Under the pieces are notes generated by a model, which was not told where the DNA came from, did not search any database, and saw nothing but the letters and a program-made list of their open reading frames with translations. This document shows positions 6,846 through 14,852 of a stretch of 17,003 nucleotides of DNA, piece after piece; position 1 is the stretch's first letter, and every line of letters starts with the position of its first letter. The DNA is taken from assembly GCA_018238545.1 (NCBI GenBank), contig JABCTC010000060.1:1-17003 (forward strand). The letters run 5' to 3'. The position numbers were made by a program, and so were the translations under genes. Source of the stretch: Candidatus Heimdallarchaeota archaeon (lineage in GTDB: Archaea > Asgardarchaeota > Heimdallarchaeia > Heimdallarchaeales > Heimdallarchaeaceae).

Positions 6846-7625
6846 ATGGCAAAAAGATATTATACCATTTTCTTGCTGGGAACAGCAGGGAGCGGAAAAA
6901 CAGTTCTAACTAGAACACTTCTTGATTGGTTTGATCAGAAAAAATTAGACGTCGCCACTCTCAATCTGGATGCTGGAGTTAGGAGATTACCTTACAATCC
7001 AGATATTGACGTAAGAGATATTGTTAACATTGATAACTTAATGGATAAACTTGATTTAGGTCCAAATGGTGCAATGATTGCCAGTATGGATCTTATTGCA
7101 ACTAAAATTGATACAGTAAAAGATGAAATCGAGTACATAGAACCTGAGTACCTTATTGTAGATACCCCTGGTCAGATTGAGCTATTTGCATATAGAAGTA
7201 GTGGCAGATTGGTTTCCTCAGTTATTGCAGATAATAGTCAACCAACATCTGTTTTCCTTATAGACCCATCACTTGCACTCAAACCTGAAGGATTTTCCAG
7301 TGTTCTTCTTCTAAGTATCTCAGTTGCTTTTCAGCTAGCTCTTCCACAAATTATCGCTATTTCTAAAGAAGATATCATTGAAAAAGAGCAAATGGAGAAC
7401 CTTGAGAAGTGGATTGATTCACCTGAAACTTTGATTACCGACATACATACTTCTTCTCAAGTTTCCATGTCACAACAGCTAGGGCTGAGCATCGTAGACA
7501 TACTTAATCAATTTAAAGTAACAGGTGATTTGTTCCCAATCAGCTCTAGTACAGGTTATAATATTGATACTCTTATTGCTCTGATGGAAAGAAATTGGGG
7601 TGTAAGAGATGATTTCTACGAATAA
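6846..7625 (+). CDS. GPN-loop GTPase
   Basis: G1 GTAGSGKT, NLDAG, LGPNGA (GPN loop), G3 DTPGQIELF, G4 SKED. Confidence 0.95.
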   Translation: MAKRYYTIFLLGTAGSGKTVLTRTLLDWFDQKKLDVATLNLDAGVRRLPYNPDIDVRDIVNIDNLMDKLDLGPNGAMIASMDLIATKIDTVKDEIEYIEPEYLIVDTPGQIELFAYRSSGRLVSSVIADNSQPTSVFLIDPSLALKPEGFSSVLLLSISVAFQLALPQIIAISKEDIIEKEQMENLEKWIDSPETLITDIHTSSQVSMSQQLGLSIVDILNQFKVTGDLFPISSSTGYNIDTLIALMERNWGVRDDFYE

Positions 7626-7637
7626 ATCTTGATATGA

Positions 7638-8408
7638 TTATTGTCCAAACCTTCTTTGTCTTCTTTGAAATGTGCGCACAGCTCTCCATAAATCTATTTT
7701 TCTAAAAAGAGGCCAATGGACGTCGACAAAGTAATATTCAGAATACGCAGATTGCCATAATAAAAATCCAGAAAGTCTTTCTTCTCCTGATGTGCGAATA
7801 ACTAAATCAGGGTCCGCTATATCTTCAGTGTAAAGATGGTTGCTAATTAGCTCTTCATCTACCTCATTTAAATCAATTTGACCAGCTTCTGCTTTTTGCA
7901 GAATTAATTTAAGCGCATCTACAATCTCAGCTCTTCCGCCATAAGCCATACAGACATTAAGTCTATATTTTCTAAATTTCAAGGTCTCCTCCTCAGTTAT
8001 TTTTATCTCTTCTTGGACCTTGCTTGGTAGCATTTGTGTTCGTCCTAAAATTTTTACTTGCACTTCATTCTTAATTATCCTAGGATCTTCTCGAATTTTG
8101 ACTAAATACTCCTGAGCTAATTTCATGATTGACTTAACTTGATCTTCAGGGCGAGAAAAGTTTTCAGTTGAGAATACCCAAACTGTAACAACTTTGACAC
8201 CTAAATCCCAACACCACCCTAATACATCCTCAAGTTTTTGGGCACCTAACTGGTAACCATCCTCGTAATTCAAACCTAGAATTCTACTAGCTCTTCGATT
8301 ACCATCTAAAATAATTCCAATGTGATTTGGTACAGGTTTATTTTTGATCTCGGAAAATAGCTTTTTTTCGTAGATTTTATAGAGGAACTTTGGTATTAGC
8401 CAATGCAT
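7638..8408 (-). CDS. uppS: cis-Prenyltransferase (tritrans,polycis-polyprenyl diphosphate synthase)
   Basis: PNHIGIILDGNRR, FSTENFSRP, YGGRAEI, DPDLVIRTSGEERLSGFLLWQSAYSE, C-terminal RRFG. Confidence 0.97.
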   Translation of the reverse strand: MHWLIPKFLYKIYEKKLFSEIKNKPVPNHIGIILDGNRRASRILGLNYEDGYQLGAQKLEDVLGWCWDLGVKVVTVWVFSTENFSRPEDQVKSIMKLAQEYLVKIREDPRIIKNEVQVKILGRTQMLPSKVQEEIKITEEETLKFRKYRLNVCMAYGGRAEIVDALKLILQKAEAGQIDLNEVDEELISNHLYTEDIADPDLVIRTSGEERLSGFLLWQSAYSEYYFVDVHWPLFRKIDLWRAVRTFQRRQRRFGQ

Positions 8409-8617
8409 GATTACACCTGATTTTTATTGTAGTTATCACACTATTTCTGATGAGTTGGTGTTATTATTTTTCATTTTGATTTGCTCTTTATAAGAGATTG
8501 GGCAGATGATTAATCAAATATCACAAATTACTAAATTATTTGATTTTTTTTTCTTCGTTTTACTTAATTGGTAAACGAACACATATATATCACAAAATTT
8601 TCTATATTTTGTAGCCG

Positions 8618-9076
8618 ATGACAGAAAAAGTGTTAAGCATTTTAAGGCGACATGGTAAAAGAATATATTGTTTATTCGATGGAGATGTGATTAATAACCT
8701 ATCACCCTCACAAGTCAAATTATTGATAGAACAAATAGAAGAAATTGGGAGTGTGAGAAAGAATCTCGCTATTTTTGATTATCAGTTAAAACCAGAAAAA
8801 TATGATCTTTACATAAGTAGCGGAATCTCTCCTATGATTGTTCCTTCAGACAAAGATGTTTATCTAGCCTTAGAGTGCTTAGACGTTGTTAATAACCTAC
8901 AAACAGATATTTTGTGTGTGGGAGTTAGCGACGAGTCAATATTACCTATTTTAGTTAAAGCTAGAGAAAAAAGTGAAATATTATTGGTAAGTCAAACAAA
9001 AGAAAGTGTAAAGAATTACATGCCATATATTGATTATCTTATAATCCTAAAGGATATTGAGGAAGATACTGCCTAG
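8618..9076 (+). CDS. NYN-domain (PIN-fold, LabA/DUF88, TIGR00288-like) protein, divergent
   Basis: CLFDG, G..P.IVPSDKDVYLALECLD, VSDES.LPILVKARE and DYLI match the archaeal NYN pattern. Confidence 0.75.
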   Translation: MTEKVLSILRRHGKRIYCLFDGDVINNLSPSQVKLLIEQIEEIGSVRKNLAIFDYQLKPEKYDLYISSGISPMIVPSDKDVYLALECLDVVNNLQTDILCVGVSDESILPILVKAREKSEILLVSQTKESVKNYMPYIDYLIILKDIEEDTA

Positions 9077-9101
9077 AACATATTAAGGTTGTATTTAGTT
9101 C

Positions 9102-10010
9102 TTATATCATACCCTTTTCAACAAGCAATCTGAATTCTTCCATTGATAAATTATCTCCTCTCTCATACTTCTCATAAGCCTTCTTTGCATTTTCTTCAAG
9201 ATTGTTTCTTATTTTATCTTGCATATTTTTGCGTACTTTTTTCTGAATTTCTTTAAGTTCTTTTCTTAGTTCATTCTTGTCTGAAACTTTGCTTAAGAAT
9301 TCTTTGTGATGACTGTCTGCACTTCTTTTATTATCGAGAAATTCTTTGTGAAAATCATTAGCCCTTTTTCTAAGGACATTAACTTGTTGAAAGAATTGGT
9401 TCATTAAATTGTGAAATATTTGTGATTCTTTGGCTGAATCTATGATTTTGACATGAAGATAGTTTATCTGTTTTTGAATGCTTGAAATCTCTCGCCACAC
9501 CTGATTCTGAGATGTTGTTACATGAACATCAGCAGCAAGTTTATTGATTCTTTCTGAGAGTTTTTCAAGCTCTTGAATCATACTTTTTTCTTCTTCAACA
9601 CTTAATACTCTAGTTTGCAAGTTCCACTCCAATTTTTCAACTTCTTGGGTAAGGTTTTTCATTAATCTTTTTTTCTTTCTGATGTCTCCTTCTTTGACGT
9701 CTCCTTCTTTTTCAGTCAATTCTTCTAACAGAGCTTTTTTCCCTTGTAGATCTTCTTGAAGTTTTTTTCTTTTTTCTTTAGATTCTTTTACTTGTGTGTT
9801 TAATTCATCACGCTTGGTCATATGCTCTTTTGCTTTAACAAGTAATTCATTCATCTCTAGATTAATTTCATTTCTTTGAGCCAATGCTTTTTTTGTTAGT
9901 GTATTGTGCTCGTCTCTCTTCTTTCGAAGGTGACTGATAGTTTCTTCTAATCTACCTAAGTTAACTACTATTTCTTCAGTATCATTAGGCTTATTTTTTG
10001 TGATGTCCAT
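9102..10010 (-). CDS. Conserved archaeal long coiled-coil protein (COG1340-like)
   Basis: KRDEHN/KRDELN repeats, LEWNLQTRVLSVEEEK, ESQIFH, AD..HKEF, and C-terminal YERGDNLSMEEFRLL typical of this family. Confidence 0.8.
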   Translation of the reverse strand: MDITKNKPNDTEEIVVNLGRLEETISHLRKKRDEHNTLTKKALAQRNEINLEMNELLVKAKEHMTKRDELNTQVKESKEKRKKLQEDLQGKKALLEELTEKEGDVKEGDIRKKKRLMKNLTQEVEKLEWNLQTRVLSVEEEKSMIQELEKLSERINKLAADVHVTTSQNQVWREISSIQKQINYLHVKIIDSAKESQIFHNLMNQFFQQVNVLRKRANDFHKEFLDNKRSADSHHKEFLSKVSDKNELRKELKEIQKKVRKNMQDKIRNNLEENAKKAYEKYERGDNLSMEEFRLLVEKGMI

Positions 10011-10106
10011 AAATTCTGCCTATCTCTGAAAAAAGTAGTCGTTCTTAAAGATTTTTCGCAATAAGAGTTTTATTAATACTTTGTATAGAACCACTTTTAA
10101 CATTGC

Positions 10107-10139
10107 AAAAATGAAAAATGAGTGAAAAATGGAGAAAAA
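10107..10139 (-). terminator. Oligo-U terminator-like region (three AAAAATG copies on +, i.e. repeated U5 tracts on -)
   Basis: Immediately downstream of the Roadblock stop codon; AAAAATG at 10107, 10114 and 10125. Confidence 0.4.
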
Positions 10140-10143
10140 CCAT

Positions 10144-10533
10144 CTAACTTAGTTGTCTTTCAACTTCTTGAGCTGCTCTAGCCATATCAAGAAAAACCAA
10201 ACCTAGTTTTGCTTCCTTTCTTGCTGATACGGTTAAAACAGCATTCTGACCTGCTGCTGTGGTTATTATGTAGCCATAAGCTCCTTCAATGAAAATTTTC
10301 TCTAATTCTCCTCTTTGCATTTCTTGAGCTACTCTCTCTCCTAATGATAACATTGCCGCAGTCATAGCTGCTAATCTAGCTTCTTCAATTTCTTGAGGTA
10401 GCACTGAGGCTATTGGTAATCCTTCTATTGATACAATTGCAGCGCTTTCAATTTCTGGAACTTTTATCTTTAAATCAGTTAACGTAGTCTTCAATTCGCT
10501 TGTTTTATTTTCAAAAGTTATTCCGAATGCCAT
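10144..10533 (-). CDS. Roadblock/LC7 (MglB-like) domain protein
   Basis: AAIVSIEGLPIAS.LP, RLAAMTAAMLSLGER..E..RGEL....IEG..GY, AVLTV.A...AKLGLVFLDM. Confidence 0.95.
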   Translation of the reverse strand: MAFGITFENKTSELKTTLTDLKIKVPEIESAAIVSIEGLPIASVLPQEIEEARLAAMTAAMLSLGERVAQEMQRGELEKIFIEGAYGYIITTAAGQNAVLTVSARKEAKLGLVFLDMARAAQEVERQLS

Positions 10534-10935
10534 TTGGATTACCTATTATGTTCTGTGGTCTTATATTAATTATAAATACAGCTATTACTGGTACGTTCTT
10601 CTCAACATTACTTTTAAATTTATTTGGTTGGGCAAAACCTACTTCTTCATAGAATTTAGTAATTTGCAACAACTGTTTAACCACAAACCCCCCTATTTCT
10701 GCCTTTGAAGGTAGTTTCTCAAGCATATCATCATTTTCATGCATTTTTTCGGTTTTTTCTATATCATTACTTCTGTTCTCACTTTTATTTTTTCTAACCT
10801 ATTCTTAACGAAGCAATCTTTAACATGCAAAAAGTACACTTGAACAGTCTTTACCTTCAGAAATTTCCTCTTGAAAAACAATCCATTTTTACATTGGATT
10901 CTCCAAGAACTAGGGTAAATGAGGTTATTTGAAAT

Positions 10936-12153
10936 TTATTCTAAAACAAGTTTCACTGTTTTTTCAATATACTCCTCAATTTTTTCCTCAACTGATTTAA
11001 CTAAGGCAGTTATTTCCTCATCGATTTCTTCTTTTTCTCTCTCAAGTGATAAAGTGATTCTCTGTCGATCTATTGTGTAATTATTTATTTCTTCGTTCAA
11101 TTTTTTGATTCTAACATCCATTTTAAGATCAGAGAATTTTCTGCTTATAGCCTCACTTTGCTCTATAAGAAATTTAGCTTTTTGTTGACTCTCACTTAAG
11201 CCATCGTTTAATATTTCCTCGATATTTTCATAAGCTCTCTTCAGTTTCTCTTTTTTCATTTGAATAGCGGAACTAGCGCTTACTTCTTTAAGTATTCTTA
11301 GAGTAGCTTTTACACCTCTGTACCCATCGCCTTCTTTTACTAAAGTAGTCAAAGGATCTTTAATGAGTGATTTCATTATATCTTTATCATAGTCATCAAG
11401 TTCTATTTTTTTAGATTCTGCGGCTTTTATGACTTTACTACTTAATTTCTTAATCTCAGAAATCTTATTTGAAATCAAGATTTCTATATGATCTAGCTCT
11501 TTTTTGTTTTTCACCAATTGAAGATATCCAGGATGATTTTTTAGTTCATCTAATTCTTTCTGTTTCTTATCAATTATTTTAGTAATTTTAGTTATATCCT
11601 CTTTATGTAAATTAATTTCTGTAACAATTTCCTTCTTACGATTAACAAATTCGATGAGAGATTCTATGTCATCAGCAACTTTTTCGTATTTGACAATTTC
11701 AGAATAAGATACCAAGGTTTTGTTCTCAAAAACATAAACATCTTCTTTGACACGTGTAAGAGATCTGTCAAGATTCTTCACACTATTCTTGTACGAACGA
11801 TCTCTCTTTAACCACGATAGATACTTGGCTAAGAGGTTGGTGTAGGCGTTTATTCTATTTTTGAAATCCCTATTTAGCTCGTCTAATATATTATAAGTAA
11901 CCTTTTCTGGCGCTTCAAGATCTTCAAATATCTCTAGCGTTTTATTATATATTGTAGTTGCATAATTCTGGTAAACATCAGGATCTTTCAAATCTGAATA
12001 ATCAAATCGATGAGCAGCAGTCTTAAGCTCTTCAACACGATCTAATACTGTCCTAACTTGTTTAATTGCTGTGTGTCTATATTTTGAAACAGACGATGAT
12101 ATGCGATTATTGAACCACTCTAAAGTATCTTCCAAAGATTTATTTTCAGACAT
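10936..12153 (-). CDS. Hypothetical alpha-helical coiled-coil protein
   Basis: 405-aa ORF, K/E-rich with heptad character; no ATPase or other catalytic motif recognised. Confidence 0.8.
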   Translation of the reverse strand: MSENKSLEDTLEWFNNRISSSVSKYRHTAIKQVRTVLDRVEELKTAAHRFDYSDLKDPDVYQNYATTIYNKTLEIFEDLEAPEKVTYNILDELNRDFKNRINAYTNLLAKYLSWLKRDRSYKNSVKNLDRSLTRVKEDVYVFENKTLVSYSEIVKYEKVADDIESLIEFVNRKKEIVTEINLHKEDITKITKIIDKKQKELDELKNHPGYLQLVKNKKELDHIEILISNKISEIKKLSSKVIKAAESKKIELDDYDKDIMKSLIKDPLTTLVKEGDGYRGVKATLRILKEVSASSAIQMKKEKLKRAYENIEEILNDGLSESQQKAKFLIEQSEAISRKFSDLKMDVRIKKLNEEINNYTIDRQRITLSLEREKEEIDEEITALVKSVEEKIEEYIEKTVKLVLE

Positions 12154-12327
12154 AGATGTCTACCTTCTATTAGTTTTTGAAAATATACCATTATAATATT
12201 TTTCATTTAAGAAAAGAAATTCACGAATAAATACAAACTTATTGGTGAAACGAATTAAGAAAGCCTAATTTTCTGCGATTTACATAAAAAAATATAAAGC
12301 AATCAAAGTAAAAATAGCTATATCCAA

Positions 12328-12747
12328 ATGATTCTATTCAATTTTCACTGTTATGGTCATCCAAATGTTAGCTCCACTCACAAAACTACTCTAGAATTTA
12401 CCACAGAATCTAACCTCTCAACTAAGGGTGATTGTATTTTGGCTGTAAAATCAACTTGCAGTCTGAGAAACTTACCTGACAATCTAAAAGAGAAAATGAA
12501 AATAGACGGACAAACCATTACTGTGATACTAGAAATAGATCAGAAACAAGAGAAAATAATTGGATATGGTAATTCAAAATTATCTTTCACTGATGAAAAT
12601 GCTATTATTATAAGAAAAAGCTCATTTGTCTGTTCTCGAACATTAATGATTAACTCTGATAAAGCAGCTTTTGATATCTCACGAGACATCGTCAACTCCT
12701 TAACCACCCCAAGTAGTGTATTAAATATAACAATTCAAGTCGATTGA
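12328..12747 (+). CDS. DUF371 family protein
   Basis: GHPNV.STHKTTLEFT.E..L..KGDCI, G.G...L, IIIRKSSFVCSRTL.INSDKAA.D. Confidence 0.93.
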   Translation: MILFNFHCYGHPNVSSTHKTTLEFTTESNLSTKGDCILAVKSTCSLRNLPDNLKEKMKIDGQTITVILEIDQKQEKIIGYGNSKLSFTDENAIIIRKSSFVCSRTLMINSDKAAFDISRDIVNSLTTPSSVLNITIQVD

Positions 12748-13808
12748 GGAGTTACAATTACTTCTAAACAAGCATGAATCTCTCTTGGGGCACTTTCTCT
12801 TACTTTGTGAAAATCGATTATCCTCTTGATCTCCCAATCGAATTTTGTCAGCTCTTCTTTTAGTATATTTACTACCTGATCTTTTCCATTTTCAGTCGCA
12901 ACAAACTGGTAAAAGTGAATTATTCCTCCTGGTTTTAGAATTTGGCAAACTACATCAATATACTCTTGAGAGTAACTTGGAAGGTTCATAATTATCCTGT
13001 CAGCATTTGGTAAAGATTTTGCTAGTTCTCTACAGTCTCCATGAAGTGCTTTTATAGAACCTTTCAATTTATTCAACAACAAGGATTTTTCCAGACATTT
13101 AATGGCTTTCTGATTTATGTCTATGGCATATATGGTGACATTGTGGTTCTGAGCAATATGTAGAGGAAAGGGACCTACTCCTGTGAAAAGATCAATTATT
13201 ACTTCGCCTTCTTTTACTAAATCAGCTACGCGTTTATGTTCATAACTCAATCTAGGACTAAAATAAGTTTCACAAGCATCTACAAAAATTGTTAGACCAT
13301 GTTCAAGATGAATTGTTTCGCACTTTTTCTCTCCTGCTATGAGTTCTAGTCCTCTTGTCCTTAATTGACCAGAAACAGCTGAAGCTTTTCGGTATACAGT
13401 TTTGAGTGAAGGAAACAACGAATACAGCGCTTTACCAATTTCTTTTTTATATTTCATTACCTCTTCAGCAATGTCTACAACTGCTATTTCTCCAATTACA
13501 TCATACGCTTTGGGTATGAATTCGTGCAAATTCTCAGGGATATATTTAGAAGCTGCTTCATGGAGATTTTTGGGCTGAAAGTCTTTTTGAGTAAAACTAT
13601 AGATATTAAGCTTAAATCCCTCTATATTAGATGAAGAGAGTAGTAATTCTCTCGCATCATCTTTAGAGAGTGTTAAAGGCATAATTAGATGATTTTCATC
13701 ACGCATAAAATCTAAAGAAGCATCAATAACACCATGTGAAAGAAGTGTTTTTCTTAACGTTTCAGCATCTCTAAAACGTATTTTAACTCCGATAGATTCT
13801 ATTTGCAT
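12735..13808 (-). CDS. trm5: Trm5-family tRNA (guanine37-N1) methyltransferase (Met-10+ class I SAM MTase)
   Basis: YDVIGEIAV, G..RTR.LELIAGE, H.E.G, YFSPRLSYEH.R, DLFTGVGPF, DIN, DRIIMNLP (NLP, as in Trm5b/c rather than Trm5a), GGIIHFY. Confidence 0.93.
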   Translation of the reverse strand: MQIESIGVKIRFRDAETLRKTLLSHGVIDASLDFMRDENHLIMPLTLSKDDARELLLSSSNIEGFKLNIYSFTQKDFQPKNLHEAASKYIPENLHEFIPKAYDVIGEIAVVDIAEEVMKYKKEIGKALYSLFPSLKTVYRKASAVSGQLRTRGLELIAGEKKCETIHLEHGLTIFVDACETYFSPRLSYEHKRVADLVKEGEVIIDLFTGVGPFPLHIAQNHNVTIYAIDINQKAIKCLEKSLLLNKLKGSIKALHGDCRELAKSLPNADRIIMNLPSYSQEYIDVVCQILKPGGIIHFYQFVATENGKDQVVNILKEELTKFDWEIKRIIDFHKVRESAPREIHACLEVIVTPQST

Positions 13809-13889
13809 TGACTTCTACCAATAAAGAAAGCTTTTAAGACTTATTTTTACGTACAGAAGATGAACCGTGATATAACTTAGATAAACAAG

Positions 13890-14849
13890 GTGCCCCAATT
13901 GATAAAAGCTATACTTGTACTGAAGACAAATGGATCTTGTAGGTATTATCGGATCTATGATGAAAAATGGGGTAAAGAAGAGAAAAATGTGGAAGTTATA
14001 AGTTACATCACAGCGGTGACCTCAATTATTGGAGAGTTTGGGGAAAAATCTCCTGAAATTATTGAATTCGGTGATAACGAAATTGTTTGTGAAGCAAAGG
14101 GGGAATATATCTTAACAATAGTTAAAGATAAAGGAAAATTTGATAAATTGTCTGATAGAGTTAAGAAAAATTTCAGAGATAATTTTCAACCCCTTCAACG
14201 AATCACTGAAACTCCTTTCTGGATTGAAGATGATGATTTTCTAGCAAAGGAAAGAGAAGGCATATACAAATTTATGAGAAACTTGAATCTTATAATCAAC
14301 GTTAGAACGCATCAAAATGGAACGGAAAGGAAAGCAATTATTGAAGACCCATTTAAGGATAAACCCCTAGTTGTAAGAGATGTAGATTTATTGATAACAA
14401 TAGAAACAGGTCAGCCTGTATTCCTAATGTTAACGCTTACCTTACCTTATGATGCAACACTTTTCACAGCTTTTATGTCAGCGATCTTAGATTTAGGGAC
14501 GGCTATCGGATTGGGAGAATTAAGTAAAATAGAAAGTAATAACCTAGTATTATACGTGAGAAAGATAGGAAAGGCTTTTGCTGTAGTAATAACTCGAAAT
14601 AAGGAAAATAAAATAGCTTACAAACGATTCACGGAATTTGTTGCCGATTTATGTGATAATTGGTTGAATAAAGAAGGAATAGAAATAGATGAAGCATTCC
14701 AAGTATTTGAGGAAAGAACTCAATTTGAACAAATTCTGAAACTGATTATTGATACTGAGACATGGGAGAAACACATGATAAAAGAGTGGGAGAGGGAATA
14801 CACAGAACTAAGAACAATAGAACAAGAGCTTCGATCATCGTTAACTTAA
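13890..14849 (+). CDS. Hypothetical protein with two longin/roadblock-like (profilin-like fold) domains
   Basis: Repeat 1: IKAILVLKTNGSCRYYR...VISYITAVTSIIGEFG....IIEFGD. Repeat 2: LLITIETGQPVF...LFTAFMSAILDLGTAIG.GELSKIE....LY. The beta-beta-alpha-beta-beta-beta-alpha pattern occurs twice. GTG start. Confidence 0.65.
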   Translation: MPQLIKAILVLKTNGSCRYYRIYDEKWGKEEKNVEVISYITAVTSIIGEFGEKSPEIIEFGDNEIVCEAKGEYILTIVKDKGKFDKLSDRVKKNFRDNFQPLQRITETPFWIEDDDFLAKEREGIYKFMRNLNLIINVRTHQNGTERKAIIEDPFKDKPLVVRDVDLLITIETGQPVFLMLTLTLPYDATLFTAFMSAILDLGTAIGLGELSKIESNNLVLYVRKIGKAFAVVITRNKENKIAYKRFTEFVADLCDNWLNKEGIEIDEAFQVFEERTQFEQILKLIIDTETWEKHMIKEWEREYTELRTIEQELRSSLT

Positions 14850-14852
14850 CCC

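Noticed and set aside
8512-8545. AATCAAATA-N16-TATTTGATT inverted repeat in the uppS/NYN divergent promoter
   Set aside because: Very AT-rich with a long spacer, so plausible by chance; no convincing C/D box sRNA either.
10511-10744. 77-aa ORF as an intact gene
   Set aside because: Overlaps the Roadblock promoter and start, and no full domain is recognisable; kept only as a possible remnant in findings.
10936-12153. SMC/Rad50 or ESCRT-III assignment for the coiled-coil proteins
   Set aside because: No Walker A/B, signature or zinc-hook motifs; length and pattern do not fit a Snf7 domain.
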